Assembly: GCA_023957375.1 (NCBI GenBank)
Contig: JAMLHB010000002.1
Coordinates: 124,812-188,811, forward strand
Origin: Flavobacteriales bacterium
GTDB taxonomy: Bacteria > Bacteroidota > Bacteroidia > Flavobacteriales_F > PHOS-HE28
Length of the DNA: 64,000 bases
Reading direction: 5' to 3'
Numbering within the stretch: position 1 is the stretch's first letter; each line of letters starts with the position of its first letter. This document shows positions 26,452 to 35,485 of this stretch, one piece after another. The translations under genes and the position numbers were made by a program. Below the pieces are notes generated by a model. That model worked only from the letters and a program-made list of their open reading frames with translations, had not been told where the DNA came from and made no database searches.

Positions 26452-28428
26452 TCACAGGCTCACCACCTTTTCCACGAAGCTCCTTTCCGCCGTGCGCACC
26501 ACCACCAAATAGGTGCCTTTGCCCGGCAGGCGCATGCTCCAATTGCGGTTGCTGCCGTCGCGGCGCTCACCCACTTTGCGGCCACCTGCATCATACACTT
26601 CGATGCCCGTGACGCGCGCATCGATCCCGGTGATGTTCAGCAGACCGTCGCGGGTGGGATTGGGGAACACGTGCACGCCCAATTCACGGAGGTTGTCGAT
26701 GCCCACGGTGAGGTCGGTGGCGGTGGCCGTCTTCACCAGCACGGGCGTGTGGTCCGCCGCTTGGAACATGCCTTTGAAGAGGTTGATCTCCGGGCTGGTG
26801 TGGGTGAACATATCGGCCACCGCGCGCGGAGGCACGCTTTGGTACCACACCGTGGCGGTGATGTTGATCAGGCCATCGTAGCCGCCGGTGGGCACGAAGT
26901 AGTGCACCACGTCCGATCCACTGCCTTCGGTGCCGTTTTCATGGTTGAAATCGGGATCGGTCAATGCCCCGCCGACGATGCGCGTGGTATCGTAGGTGCT
27001 GTGGTTGACGCTGAAGCCCGCCGGTGCCAGGCGGTTGTCTTTCAGGGGTTCCTTGGCGCGTGCCAGCACGGTGGTGAGGTTGCCGTTCACGTCTCCCATC
27101 ACCATTTCATAGATCTGCACCTGGTCGGCGCTGGTGATCTGGTCGTAGTGGGGTTCCCACAATGCGTCGTGCCCGGCGATGTCGCCCTCCGCAGTGGGTG
27201 CTCCGTTGTTGTAGATCGTATCGCCTGCGGCATTGGTCACCACGAGTTGCACCCATGCTCGCCTGGCGGGGTATCCGCTGGGGAACTTGTGCCCGGCCAG
27301 GTTGGTGAGCTTTACGTCGATGGCGGCAGTTTCATCGTTGCGCCAAGGCACGTTCACTTCCATCAGCAGGGTGCGCTGCTGGAGCATGTGCAGGGTGCGG
27401 GCAATGGAGCTGTCGAACTGGGCTGGGTAGGCCGTTACGCCCAAGGTGCTGCCGTGTTCCTTGAGCATATTCAGCATGAAGCTATTTGCCCCTGCAAAGT
27501 GGTGCTCGCCAAAGGGCGTGCGTGGCGGCAGAAAGTTGTAGTTGGCGGTGATCACCACGCCGATGTCATCGTCGAGCAAGGGCACGTGGCATCCTTGACA
27601 GGTGATGCCGGTGGCCGGGTGCTCCTCGTTGTTGAACTCGGAGTTGAGCCATTCATGGTAGGTGGCCTGCTCCACGAACTCGTCGCCGGTGAGGTTGCCG
27701 TCCAGGTCGATGGTTTCGGTGATCAGGGTGTGGCAGCCTGCGCAGAGGCCCGCATCGATGATGTGGGGGCTGTATACCGGGGTGTAGCCCACGAAGCTCT
27801 CCATGGGCGCCGAGAAAATGTCGTCCTCATAGGGTCCGTAGATGGGCCTGCCCTCGGTGTCGAAGTGCAACTGCCCGGAGAAGAAGCTGCCGGTGCTGTC
27901 GGCGCTTTGCATGTGGCACGGGGTGCAGCTGACGCCGTCCAGGGCAATGTCGTCCTGTTCCATATAGGCGATAGAGTAGGGTCCTTGGCCGGTCATGTGG
28001 TGTTCGAAGTGGCCCATGGGCGCGTGGCAGGCGGTGCACTTGTCCTCCAGGAGCACTTGATGGTCCGGGTTCACCAGTACTTCATGGCTCACTTTGGCGC
28101 GCCAGAAAGGGTCGCGCGCCGAGTTGGCCATCATGCTGCTGCGCCAGGCATCGGAGACGTTCACGTCCCTGCCGTCCACGGTCACCATGCCCATGCCTTG
28201 CGGGTCGTGGCCGTGGCACCCATTGCAGTAGCCGCTGCCCGCGAAATAGGTATTGGCATTGGAATCCAGCGGGGTGGCGGCCCGCATATCCGCCAGTTCG
28301 TCCGGGGTATGGTAGGCGGCCTTGGCCACGGGCAACTGGCCATCCGTCCAAGATACGGAGAGCGCTACTGTACCGGCCACTGCAGCCAAGACGAGGGATT
28401 TACTGAGCAGGGGATAATTGTACTTCAT
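26452..28428 (-). CDS. Pentaheme c-type cytochrome with T9SS C-terminal sorting domain
   Basis: Signal peptide; five CxxCH motifs (CNGCH, CTACH, CTPCH, CAGCH, CQGCH); GHKFPSG; C-terminal VFPNPT...VYDAGGRKV...GTYLVVV...KVV. Confidence 0.88.
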   Translation of the reverse strand: MKYNYPLLSKSLVLAAVAGTVALSVSWTDGQLPVAKAAYHTPDELADMRAATPLDSNANTYFAGSGYCNGCHGHDPQGMGMVTVDGRDVNVSDAWRSSMMANSARDPFWRAKVSHEVLVNPDHQVLLEDKCTACHAPMGHFEHHMTGQGPYSIAYMEQDDIALDGVSCTPCHMQSADSTGSFFSGQLHFDTEGRPIYGPYEDDIFSAPMESFVGYTPVYSPHIIDAGLCAGCHTLITETIDLDGNLTGDEFVEQATYHEWLNSEFNNEEHPATGITCQGCHVPLLDDDIGVVITANYNFLPPRTPFGEHHFAGANSFMLNMLKEHGSTLGVTAYPAQFDSSIARTLHMLQQRTLLMEVNVPWRNDETAAIDVKLTNLAGHKFPSGYPARRAWVQLVVTNAAGDTIYNNGAPTAEGDIAGHDALWEPHYDQITSADQVQIYEMVMGDVNGNLTTVLARAKEPLKDNRLAPAGFSVNHSTYDTTRIVGGALTDPDFNHENGTEGSGSDVVHYFVPTGGYDGLINITATVWYQSVPPRAVADMFTHTSPEINLFKGMFQAADHTPVLVKTATATDLTVGIDNLRELGVHVFPNPTRDGLLNITGIDARVTGIEVYDAGGRKVGERRDGSNRNWSMRLPGKGTYLVVVRTAERSFVEKVVSL

Positions 28429-28566
28429 GACGGGTGCTTACGAAATTCCACGCAATATAGGTGCGTTCCCGTTCCGGCAAAAGGGGGTGGGGACAAGATC
28501 AAGCCCCCCCGGAAAACGCCCGGCTCCCGGATAATATCATTAAGTGAAGGGAGGAAGGGCACTGTT

Positions 28567-28812
28567 GTAGCACAGGCTTCCAGCCTGTGGAACGACAACA
28601 TCGCAGGCTGTAAGCCTGCGGACAATGATCCGTTGGTAAATGCTCCCTCGACTTAATGCCCAGTCTCGCCCGCGTTTGCAACGCGGGCGCAACATACCGG
28701 TCGTTTCAAACGACCTTCCCTGGTCCATCCCCACGATCTACCAGCCTCATTATGAATGAGCGCGCTGCCACCGCGCCTGAAGGTTCGCCCGCGTTGCAAA
28801 CGCGGGCGAGTG
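28567..28812. repeat. Two inverted REP doublets (GTAG-CACAGGCTTCCAGCCTGTG family and CGCCCGCGTTTGCAACGCGGGCG family)
   Basis: Palindromes at 28567-28589 / 28602-28623 and about 28665-28690 / 28785-28810. Confidence 0.75.
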
Positions 28813-28825
28813 GGGCACCCTGCTT

Positions 28826-29396
28826 TGTGCGTCACTGCGGACCTGACCCGCAGTCCCGGTTGGCGTCGTGGATGCAGGTCCCTGCGCCAATGCACCCTTA
28901 ACTGAATGACATTGGCCACTTCGCCGGGATGGCGGGTCAAGCCCGTCATGACGTGTACGTAACCGCCGGGCAGACACCATGGTGTGTGCGTCACTGCGGG
29001 CCTGACCCCGCAGTGACGGTTGGCGTCGTGGATACAGGTCCCTCCACCAAGGCAACCTTAACTGAATGACATTGCCCACTTCGCCGGAGTGGCGGATCAA
29101 GCCCGTCATGACGTGTACGTCACCGCCGGGCAGACACCATGGTGTGTGCGTCACTGCGGGCCTGACCCGCAGTCCCGGTTAGCGTCGTGGATGCAGGTCC
29201 CTGCGCCAATGCACCCTTAACTGAATGACATTGGCCACTTCGCCGGAATGGCGGGTCAAGCCCGACATGGCGTGTACGTCACCGCCGGGCAGACACCATG
29301 GTGTGTGCGTCACTGCGGGCCTGACCCGCAGTCCCGGTTAGCGTCGTGGATGCAGGTCCCTGCGCCAATGCACCCTTAACTGAATGACATTGGCCC
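28826..29396. repeat. Tandem repeat, 159-160 bp unit, about 3.5 copies, with internal palindromes
   Basis: gtcactgcgg starts at 28831, 28990, 29150 and 29309. Each unit has gcgggcctgacccgc and gcgggtcaagcccg hairpins. Confidence 0.93.
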
Positions 29397-29432
29397 TGCG
29401 GAAACAGCGGTCAACAGGGGCCGTACCCCGGT

Positions 29433-30005
29433 TCAGGACCCGCGCTGGGAACCCTTGTGGATGGTCTTGGTGGTCGACTTGGCCTTGGAGGCCCCGCTGG
29501 CCTTGGGTGCAGCCTGCTTTGCCCCGGCCTTGGGCTTCACACCTTTCGCGGCGGCCGCCTTGGTTTTCCTGCCCTCCTTCCCTTCCTTGTCGCCCTCGTC
29601 CCCGGCCGCATCTTTTTCATCCTTCTGGTCCAATATGCCCGCATCGGCCAGCAACTGGTACCACACGAAGAACTTCCGCACGTCGCTGGAATAGATGCGG
29701 CCGCGGTCGTAGTTGGGCAGCGCCTCGCCCAGCTTATCGTACAGGGCTTCCACGTCGCCCTTGGGGTCTACGGAGAGCTTGCCTTTTTCCTTCGCGTGCA
29801 GGGCTTCCAGCACGGTGGACAGGAGCACGTCCTCCCCGGTGGTGAACATGCTTACTTCATCCAAGGAGCTTACGCGCACGCTGGAATGCACGGGGATCCG
29901 CTTCTTGTCGGTGAGGGACTCGGCGATCAATGCTTGGCGCCCCTGCGCCACCACGCGGTACAGCCCCGATTTACCGGTGATGGAGATGATCTTGGAAAGG
30001 TCCAT
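29433..30005 (-). CDS. DUF5606 family conserved Bacteroidota protein
   Basis: MDLSKIISITGKSGLY...VSSLDEVSMFT...LPNYDRGRIYSSDVRK with a Lys/Ala tail. Confidence 0.85.
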   Translation of the reverse strand: MDLSKIISITGKSGLYRVVAQGRQALIAESLTDKKRIPVHSSVRVSSLDEVSMFTTGEDVLLSTVLEALHAKEKGKLSVDPKGDVEALYDKLGEALPNYDRGRIYSSDVRKFFVWYQLLADAGILDQKDEKDAAGDEGDKEGKEGRKTKAAAAKGVKPKAGAKQAAPKASGASKAKSTTKTIHKGSQRGS

Positions 30006-30097
30006 GGAAGGATATTGCAGTCGCAAACATAGCGATCCCTTTGAGGCGGCCCCTGAAAAATTGGTGGACCCGCAGGTTTGCGCGCGGCCCGGTGGAT

Positions 30098-31402
30098 TCA
30101 GGTCTTCTGCTTCCGCTTGCGCGCTGCGGGGAACAGGATGTTGTTCAGGATCAGGCGGTAACCGGGCGAATTGGGGAACAGGCTCAGATCGGTGGGCGGG
30201 TCGCCCACCATGTGCTGGTAGTCCTCCGGATCGTGGCCCCCATAGAAGGTCCACTGGCCCAGGCCATATTCGCCGTGGACGTATTTTACGGTGCCTTGGG
30301 GCTTGTTCTCGCCCATCACGGTGACGCTGGGTTTGACCAGGTTCTTTCGGAAGGCGGTGGTTTGGCCCATGAATCCATGGATGACCTGTTCGTGGTTTTG
30401 GCAGAGCATGGTGGGCACCACGTCCCATTTGGCGCTGAAATCGAACAGGGTGAAGAAGTCGCGGGTTTCGCCGATGCGGCCGTGGATGTCCGTGGCATCA
30501 ATGTCGCTGAACTCATAGATCATCGGGTCGATGATGAGCTTGAAGTCGGTGAAAGCGAAGGTTTTGCCGTAGTCGAGCTTTTGCTGTGCCTGGGGGTCCG
30601 GCGGATCGCCGTCGAAGGGCGTGTCGCAGATGTCCACGCCTTCGGCGGACAAGGCGATGTCATAACTGTCGGTTCCGCTGCACATGGTGAAGAGGTAGCC
30701 TCCTCCCGCCACATAGTCGCGGATCTTGCCGGCCACGGCGCCCTTCATTTGGCTCACCTTGGCATAGCCCAGCTCCTTGGCCATGGCTTCGGCCACGCGC
30801 ACCTGCTCCATGTACCAGGGGGCATTGCGGAACTGGCGGTAGAACTTGCCGTACTGTCCGGTGAAGTCCTCGTGGTGCAGGTGCAGCCAATCGTACTTGG
30901 GCAGCATGCCGTCCAGGATCTCCCTGTCGTAGATGCGGTCATAGGGGATCTCCGCATAGGTCATCACCAAGGCCACGGCGTCATCCCAGGGCTGGAAGGT
31001 GGGCGGGGCGTACACGGCGATCTTGGGCGCTTTCTCCAGCTTCACCGTCTCCATGTTCACTTCCGGGTCGGCTATCTCGGCCAGGATGCCATCGGCCTGT
31101 GCATCGGCGATCACGTTGAAGCTCACCCCCCGCACGGTGCATTCGCGCTCCACGGCGGCAACCCGGTCGAGCATGAAGCTGCCCCCGCGGTAATTGAGCA
31201 GCCACTCCACCGGCACATCGCTTTGCAACACCCAGTACACCACTCCGTAGGCCTTCAGGTGGTCCTTCTGGGCCTTGTCCATCGGGATCAGGATCTTGGC
31301 TGCGGAGAGGTGCATGCCGCAGGCCAGGGCCAGCAGGAGCAGGCCGGCGCGTACGGCGGTGCTGATCTTAGAAGGGGGGCGAAAGGTCGTCGTCCAGGTC
31401 AT
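30098..31402 (-). CDS. Conserved exported Bacteroidota protein with a class I glutamine-amidotransferase-like region (often labelled 'asparagine synthetase B')
   Basis: HLKAYG, WLLNYRGGSF, WDDAV, WLHLHHEDFTGQYGKF, MCSGTD, GHDPEDY. Confidence 0.8.
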   Translation of the reverse strand: MTWTTTFRPPSKISTAVRAGLLLLALACGMHLSAAKILIPMDKAQKDHLKAYGVVYWVLQSDVPVEWLLNYRGGSFMLDRVAAVERECTVRGVSFNVIADAQADGILAEIADPEVNMETVKLEKAPKIAVYAPPTFQPWDDAVALVMTYAEIPYDRIYDREILDGMLPKYDWLHLHHEDFTGQYGKFYRQFRNAPWYMEQVRVAEAMAKELGYAKVSQMKGAVAGKIRDYVAGGGYLFTMCSGTDSYDIALSAEGVDICDTPFDGDPPDPQAQQKLDYGKTFAFTDFKLIIDPMIYEFSDIDATDIHGRIGETRDFFTLFDFSAKWDVVPTMLCQNHEQVIHGFMGQTTAFRKNLVKPSVTVMGENKPQGTVKYVHGEYGLGQWTFYGGHDPEDYQHMVGDPPTDLSLFPNSPGYRLILNNILFPAARKRKQKT

Positions 31403-32900
31403 CGTTCATGCGGCTTGGGCGGGTGATGGTTTGGGGCGCATCGGAGCCGAGTCCCCCGCTGAAATTCATGTCACCCGTTTCCAAGTCGGTGAATTTCGCC
31501 AAGTCGCTGATGAAACGCAAGCGCACATTATCTATTGCACCGTTGCGGTGCTTGGCCACGATCACCTCGCCGATGCCGATGGTGGAACCGTAGTTGTCCT
31601 CGAGGATCTTGTAGTACTCGGGACGGTAGAGGAAGCAAACCAGGTCGGCATCCTGTTCGATGGCGCCCGATTCACGCAGGTCGCTGAGCATGGGGCGCTT
31701 GTCCCCGCCCCGGGTTTCCACCGCGCGGCTCAGCTGGCTCAGCGCAATGATGGGGACGTTGAGCTCCTTGGCGATGCTTTTGATGGAGCGCGAGATGCTG
31801 CTGATCTCCTGTTCGCGGTTGCCGCTCCGGTTGGAGTCGCTGCCGGAGGTCATCAGCTGGAGGTAGTCGATGATGATGAGCTGCACGTCGTGCTGGCTCT
31901 TGAGGCGTCGGCACTTGGCCCTGAGCTCGAAGATGTTGAGCGCGGGGGTGTCGTCGATGAAGAGGGGTGCGTTGGCCAACTGGGCGATCTGTTCGTGCAG
32001 GGTGGCGAATTCGCCGTCGTTGAGCTCGCCCTTGCGGAGCTTCTCGGAGCTGATGCCGGATTCGCTGGAGATCAGTCGGGTGACCAACTGGGTGCTGCTC
32101 ATCTCTAAGCTGAAGACGGCCACGGCCTGCTTGTGCTCCACGGCAATGTTGCGGGCCATGCTAAGCACGAAGGCGGTTTTGCCCATGGCGGGCCGCGCGG
32201 CCACGATGATCATGTCGCTGGGCTGCCAGCCGGCGGTGAGCTTGTCCAATTGGGTGAAGCCGGTGGGCACACCGCTCATGCCGCCTCCCCTGCTCTTGGT
32301 GGCTTCGATCTGCGCGATGGCGCCTTGGATCAGGTCGCTCATCGGCTCGTAGTTGCGCTTGAGGTTGCCGCTGGTCACGGCGAACATCTCCTGCTCGGTA
32401 CGGTCCAAGAGTTCGAACACGTCGGTGCTCTCATCATAGGCGTCGCGGATGGTGCCCGCGCTGATGCGGATCATCTCGCGCATGATGTGCTTCTGGCTGA
32501 TGATGCGTGCGTGGAACTGCACGTTGGCGCTGCTGGCCACGCGGCCGGTGAGCTGGCTGATGTAGAAGGCCCCGCCCACGATGTCCAGCTCGGCGCGCTT
32601 CTTCAGCTCCTGCGTTACCGTAAGGATGTCGATGGCCTGGTCCGTGCGGAAGAGGTGCTGGATGGCAGCAAAAATGCGGCGGTGGGCATCCACGTAGAAG
32701 CTCTCGGGCTGCAGGATGTCGATGGCCTCGTTCACGGCATTCTTCTCCAACATCATGGCGCCCAGCACGGCCTGTTCCAGGTCGGGCGCCTGCGGGGGCA
32801 GCTTGCCGCCCTCCAGGGCGGGATCCATCAGGGCAGGTGCCGGGCGACGCTTCCGGTCCGCAGTGCGCAGGCCGGGGGAAGAGGTGGAGAGTTCGTTCAT
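31368..32900 (-). CDS. dnaB: Replicative DNA helicase
   Basis: AARPAMGKT, FSLEM, IDYLQL, LSQLSR, DLRESGAIEQDAD, KHRNG. Confidence 0.98.
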   Translation of the reverse strand: MNELSTSSPGLRTADRKRRPAPALMDPALEGGKLPPQAPDLEQAVLGAMMLEKNAVNEAIDILQPESFYVDAHRRIFAAIQHLFRTDQAIDILTVTQELKKRAELDIVGGAFYISQLTGRVASSANVQFHARIISQKHIMREMIRISAGTIRDAYDESTDVFELLDRTEQEMFAVTSGNLKRNYEPMSDLIQGAIAQIEATKSRGGGMSGVPTGFTQLDKLTAGWQPSDMIIVAARPAMGKTAFVLSMARNIAVEHKQAVAVFSLEMSSTQLVTRLISSESGISSEKLRKGELNDGEFATLHEQIAQLANAPLFIDDTPALNIFELRAKCRRLKSQHDVQLIIIDYLQLMTSGSDSNRSGNREQEISSISRSIKSIAKELNVPIIALSQLSRAVETRGGDKRPMLSDLRESGAIEQDADLVCFLYRPEYYKILEDNYGSTIGIGEVIVAKHRNGAIDNVRLRFISDLAKFTDLETGDMNFSGGLGSDAPQTITRPSRMNDDLDDDLSPPF

Positions 32901-32946
32901 ATTTCAGTGCGGGGAGGGTGGCCAGGCACCGCTCACGGGACTTGCG

Positions 32947-33069
32947 CAAAGGTAGTCCGGAGCCTTCGGCATGCCCGGCCGGAAGGGCTCCATCTTTGCT
33001 CATTCTATCAACAGGGCGCGCGCCGTCGATCGTTGACGGCGGTGCAAAGCCAAGCCCGACCTACCTTTG
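32947..33069. promoter_or_regulatory. Divergent Bacteroidota sigma-A -7 boxes (TACCTTTG)
   Basis: TACCTTTG on the minus strand at 32947-32954 before dnaB and on the plus strand at 33062-33069 before the lipoprotein gene. Confidence 0.65.
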
Positions 33070-33074
33070 GAAGG

Positions 33075-34376
33075 ATGCGTTATCAACAAGCCCTTGCCGC
33101 GGCCTTGTTTGCGGGGGCCTTCTTGGCAGCATGCCGGAAGGAACCGGCCAATGAGCAGCCCCGCATCACCATCCTCTCCCCTTCCGACTACGCCACCATC
33201 ACCGTTCCGGACACCCTTTCGGTGACCGTGGAAGCCAGCGACGATATCGGGCTGGGCACCGTGCATGTTTCCCTCTACGATGCGAACGGCATCCCTGCCG
33301 GCAGCGGTGCCTCGGCCTCCCTGTCGGGCACGTCGGCTACGGCCACCCTGCACGTGCCCGTGGTTTCCGAACAAATAGCCAGCGGGGTATACCGTCTGCG
33401 GGCCACGGTGTCGGACGGCTCGCTCAACGGTTGGGACAGCCGGAACCTGCAAGTGGTGGGCGTACCGCTGCGCCTGCGGGCTGTATATGCATTGGTGGAG
33501 GTGGGCCCCGGCACGCTCGCATTGTACCGCACGGACAGCACCGGCCAAACCACCTTGGCCACCACTTGGCCCATGGCCTTGGGCGGCGCGGCGGTCAGCT
33601 CCGCCGCACAACGCCTGTTCATTGCGGGGGGCAGCACGGGGAACCTGCTCGCCCTCGAACCGGACGGCCTGGGCACCAGCTGGCAGCTGCCCAACCAAAG
33701 CGCCATCGGCATCCCCTGGTTCACCAGCGTGGACCTGTGCGCGGACGGCCGCCTGTACGTGGGCATGGACGACGGCACCGTGCGGGGTTACACGGCGCTG
33801 AACGGCACTGGCGGCACCGTGGCCGGGCTGCAGGAACAGTTCCGTGCCGAGCGGTGCGCGGTGCAGGATGGGCTGCTGGCGGTGGTGCAGCGCCACTTCG
33901 TTACCGGCGAACGCCGCTTGGGCCTCTTCCACAGCCTCTCCGGCGCCATGCAGGGCAGCATGCCGCTGTACCTGGTGCCTACGGGCTTGTTTGCCGCGGG
34001 GGACGGCCACATGCTGGTGTTCGGCAACCGCAACGGCCAAGGCCGCGTGCAGGACATCGGCCTAGAGGGCGGCTCCGCATGGGAGATGTACGCGTGGAGC
34101 AGCGAGATCACGGCGGTGGAACGCATTGCGGACCACACGTGGGCCGTGGCCTTGGCGGATGGCAGCCTGCACCGCTTCAACACGGCCGGCGGCGGCTCCG
34201 TGCCCCTGGCCACCACGCCCGTGCTGCACACCATGGCCTTCGATGAGGTCAACGGCATCCTGTACGGCGGCACGGACGGACAAGTGCTCAGCATCCACCC
34301 CGGCAACGGCTCCACCCTGGGCTCCATTTCCGTAGGGGGAGCGGTACTGCGCCTGCTTCCCTTGTACAACCGTTGA
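33075..34376 (+). CDS. Lipoprotein with an Ig-like domain and probable beta-propeller
   Basis: Start MRYQQ at 33075; lipobox LAAC; PRITILSP...VEASDD Ig-like region. Confidence 0.75.
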   Translation: MRYQQALAAALFAGAFLAACRKEPANEQPRITILSPSDYATITVPDTLSVTVEASDDIGLGTVHVSLYDANGIPAGSGASASLSGTSATATLHVPVVSEQIASGVYRLRATVSDGSLNGWDSRNLQVVGVPLRLRAVYALVEVGPGTLALYRTDSTGQTTLATTWPMALGGAAVSSAAQRLFIAGGSTGNLLALEPDGLGTSWQLPNQSAIGIPWFTSVDLCADGRLYVGMDDGTVRGYTALNGTGGTVAGLQEQFRAERCAVQDGLLAVVQRHFVTGERRLGLFHSLSGAMQGSMPLYLVPTGLFAAGDGHMLVFGNRNGQGRVQDIGLEGGSAWEMYAWSSEITAVERIADHTWAVALADGSLHRFNTAGGGSVPLATTPVLHTMAFDEVNGILYGGTDGQVLSIHPGNGSTLGSISVGGAVLRLLPLYNR

Positions 34377-34383
34377 GCCCGGG

Positions 34384-35349
34384 CTACTTCTTCGCCTTCT
34401 GCACCACGCCCATCTTGCAGAACTTGGCGATGCGCTTTTCCACCCGCTTTTCAGGGTCCAGCTTCACCAGCTTGGCCAGTTCCTTGGCCACGGCCGCCTT
34501 CACTAAGCGGCAGGCTTCCCCATGGTCCGCATGGGCGCCGCCCGCAGGCTCGGGGATCACGCCGTCCACCAAGCCGTTCTTGAACATGTCCGCCGCCGTA
34601 AGCTTCAGGGCCTCGGCAGCTTGTTCCTTGTAGTCCCAGGTGCGCCACAGGATGGTGGAGCAGTTTTCCGGCGAGATCACCGAGTACCAGCTGTTCTCCA
34701 TCATCAGCACCTTGTCGCCCACGCCGATGCCCAATGCGCCGCCGGAAGCGCCCTCCCCAATAATGACGCAAATGATCGGCACCTTCAGTTGGCTCATCTC
34801 CAGGAGGTTTCTGGCGATGGCCTCGCCTTGCCCGCGCTCCTCGGCCTCCAACCCCGGAAAGGCGCCGGGCGTGTCGATCAGCGTCACCACCGGCTTGTTG
34901 AACTTCTCGGCCAGTTTCATCAGTCGCAAGGCCTTGCGGTAGCCCTCGGGGTTGGGCATGCCGAAGTTGCGGTACTGGCGCATCTTGGTGTTCACGCCTT
35001 TCTGCTGGCCGATGAACATCACCGTGCGCCCGTCCATCAGGCCAAAGCCCCCCACCATGGCCTTGTCGTCCTTCACGGTGCGGTCGCCGTGCATTTCAAT
35101 GAAGGTGCCCCCGCTCAGGTGGTCGATGTATTGAAGGCTGTACGGCCGGTCGGGGTGCCTGCTCACCTGCACGCGCTGCCACGGGGTCAGGTTGGCATAT
35201 ACCTCCTTGCGGGCATCGGCCAGCTTCCCCTGCAGGTCCTTCATGGCCGCCCCCACGTCCACTTTGCCGTCGGACGCCACCTCGCCCAGTTTCTCCAACT
35301 GTTCGACCACGTCCTGGATGGGCTTTTCAAATTCAAGGAAGGTGCTCAT
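34384..35349 (-). CDS. accA: Acetyl-CoA carboxylase carboxyltransferase alpha
   Basis: [44 protein letters not shown]. Confidence 0.97.
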   Translation of the reverse strand: MSTFLEFEKPIQDVVEQLEKLGEVASDGKVDVGAAMKDLQGKLADARKEVYANLTPWQRVQVSRHPDRPYSLQYIDHLSGGTFIEMHGDRTVKDDKAMVGGFGLMDGRTVMFIGQQKGVNTKMRQYRNFGMPNPEGYRKALRLMKLAEKFNKPVVTLIDTPGAFPGLEAEERGQGEAIARNLLEMSQLKVPIICVIIGEGASGGALGIGVGDKVLMMENSWYSVISPENCSTILWRTWDYKEQAAEALKLTAADMFKNGLVDGVIPEPAGGAHADHGEACRLVKAAVAKELAKLVKLDPEKRVEKRIAKFCKMGVVQKAKK

Positions 35350-35485
35350 GGCTTGTGTTTCCAGTGGCGAATGTAGAACCCTGGGCGAAAAACACGGCCG
35401 TGGCATGGTGCAGGAGCCCTGCAGGCTGGCCTAACGGCGGCCGCACAACGGTCCGGCCAGCCTTCCCGGCGCCTACATTCGCCGC

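Noticed and set aside
26422-28656. Long alternative-frame ORFs (e.g. 26422-28656, 58121-60238, 15352-17235, 56463-57944)
   Set aside because: These are antisense or frame shadows of well-supported genes in high-GC DNA.
28826-29396. Possible CRISPR array
   Set aside because: The whole 160-bp unit is repeated, with no unique spacers and no cas genes.
30098-31402. asnB gene symbol
   Set aside because: It lacks the N-terminal Cys Ntn-amidotransferase and synthetase motifs and has a signal-like N-terminus.
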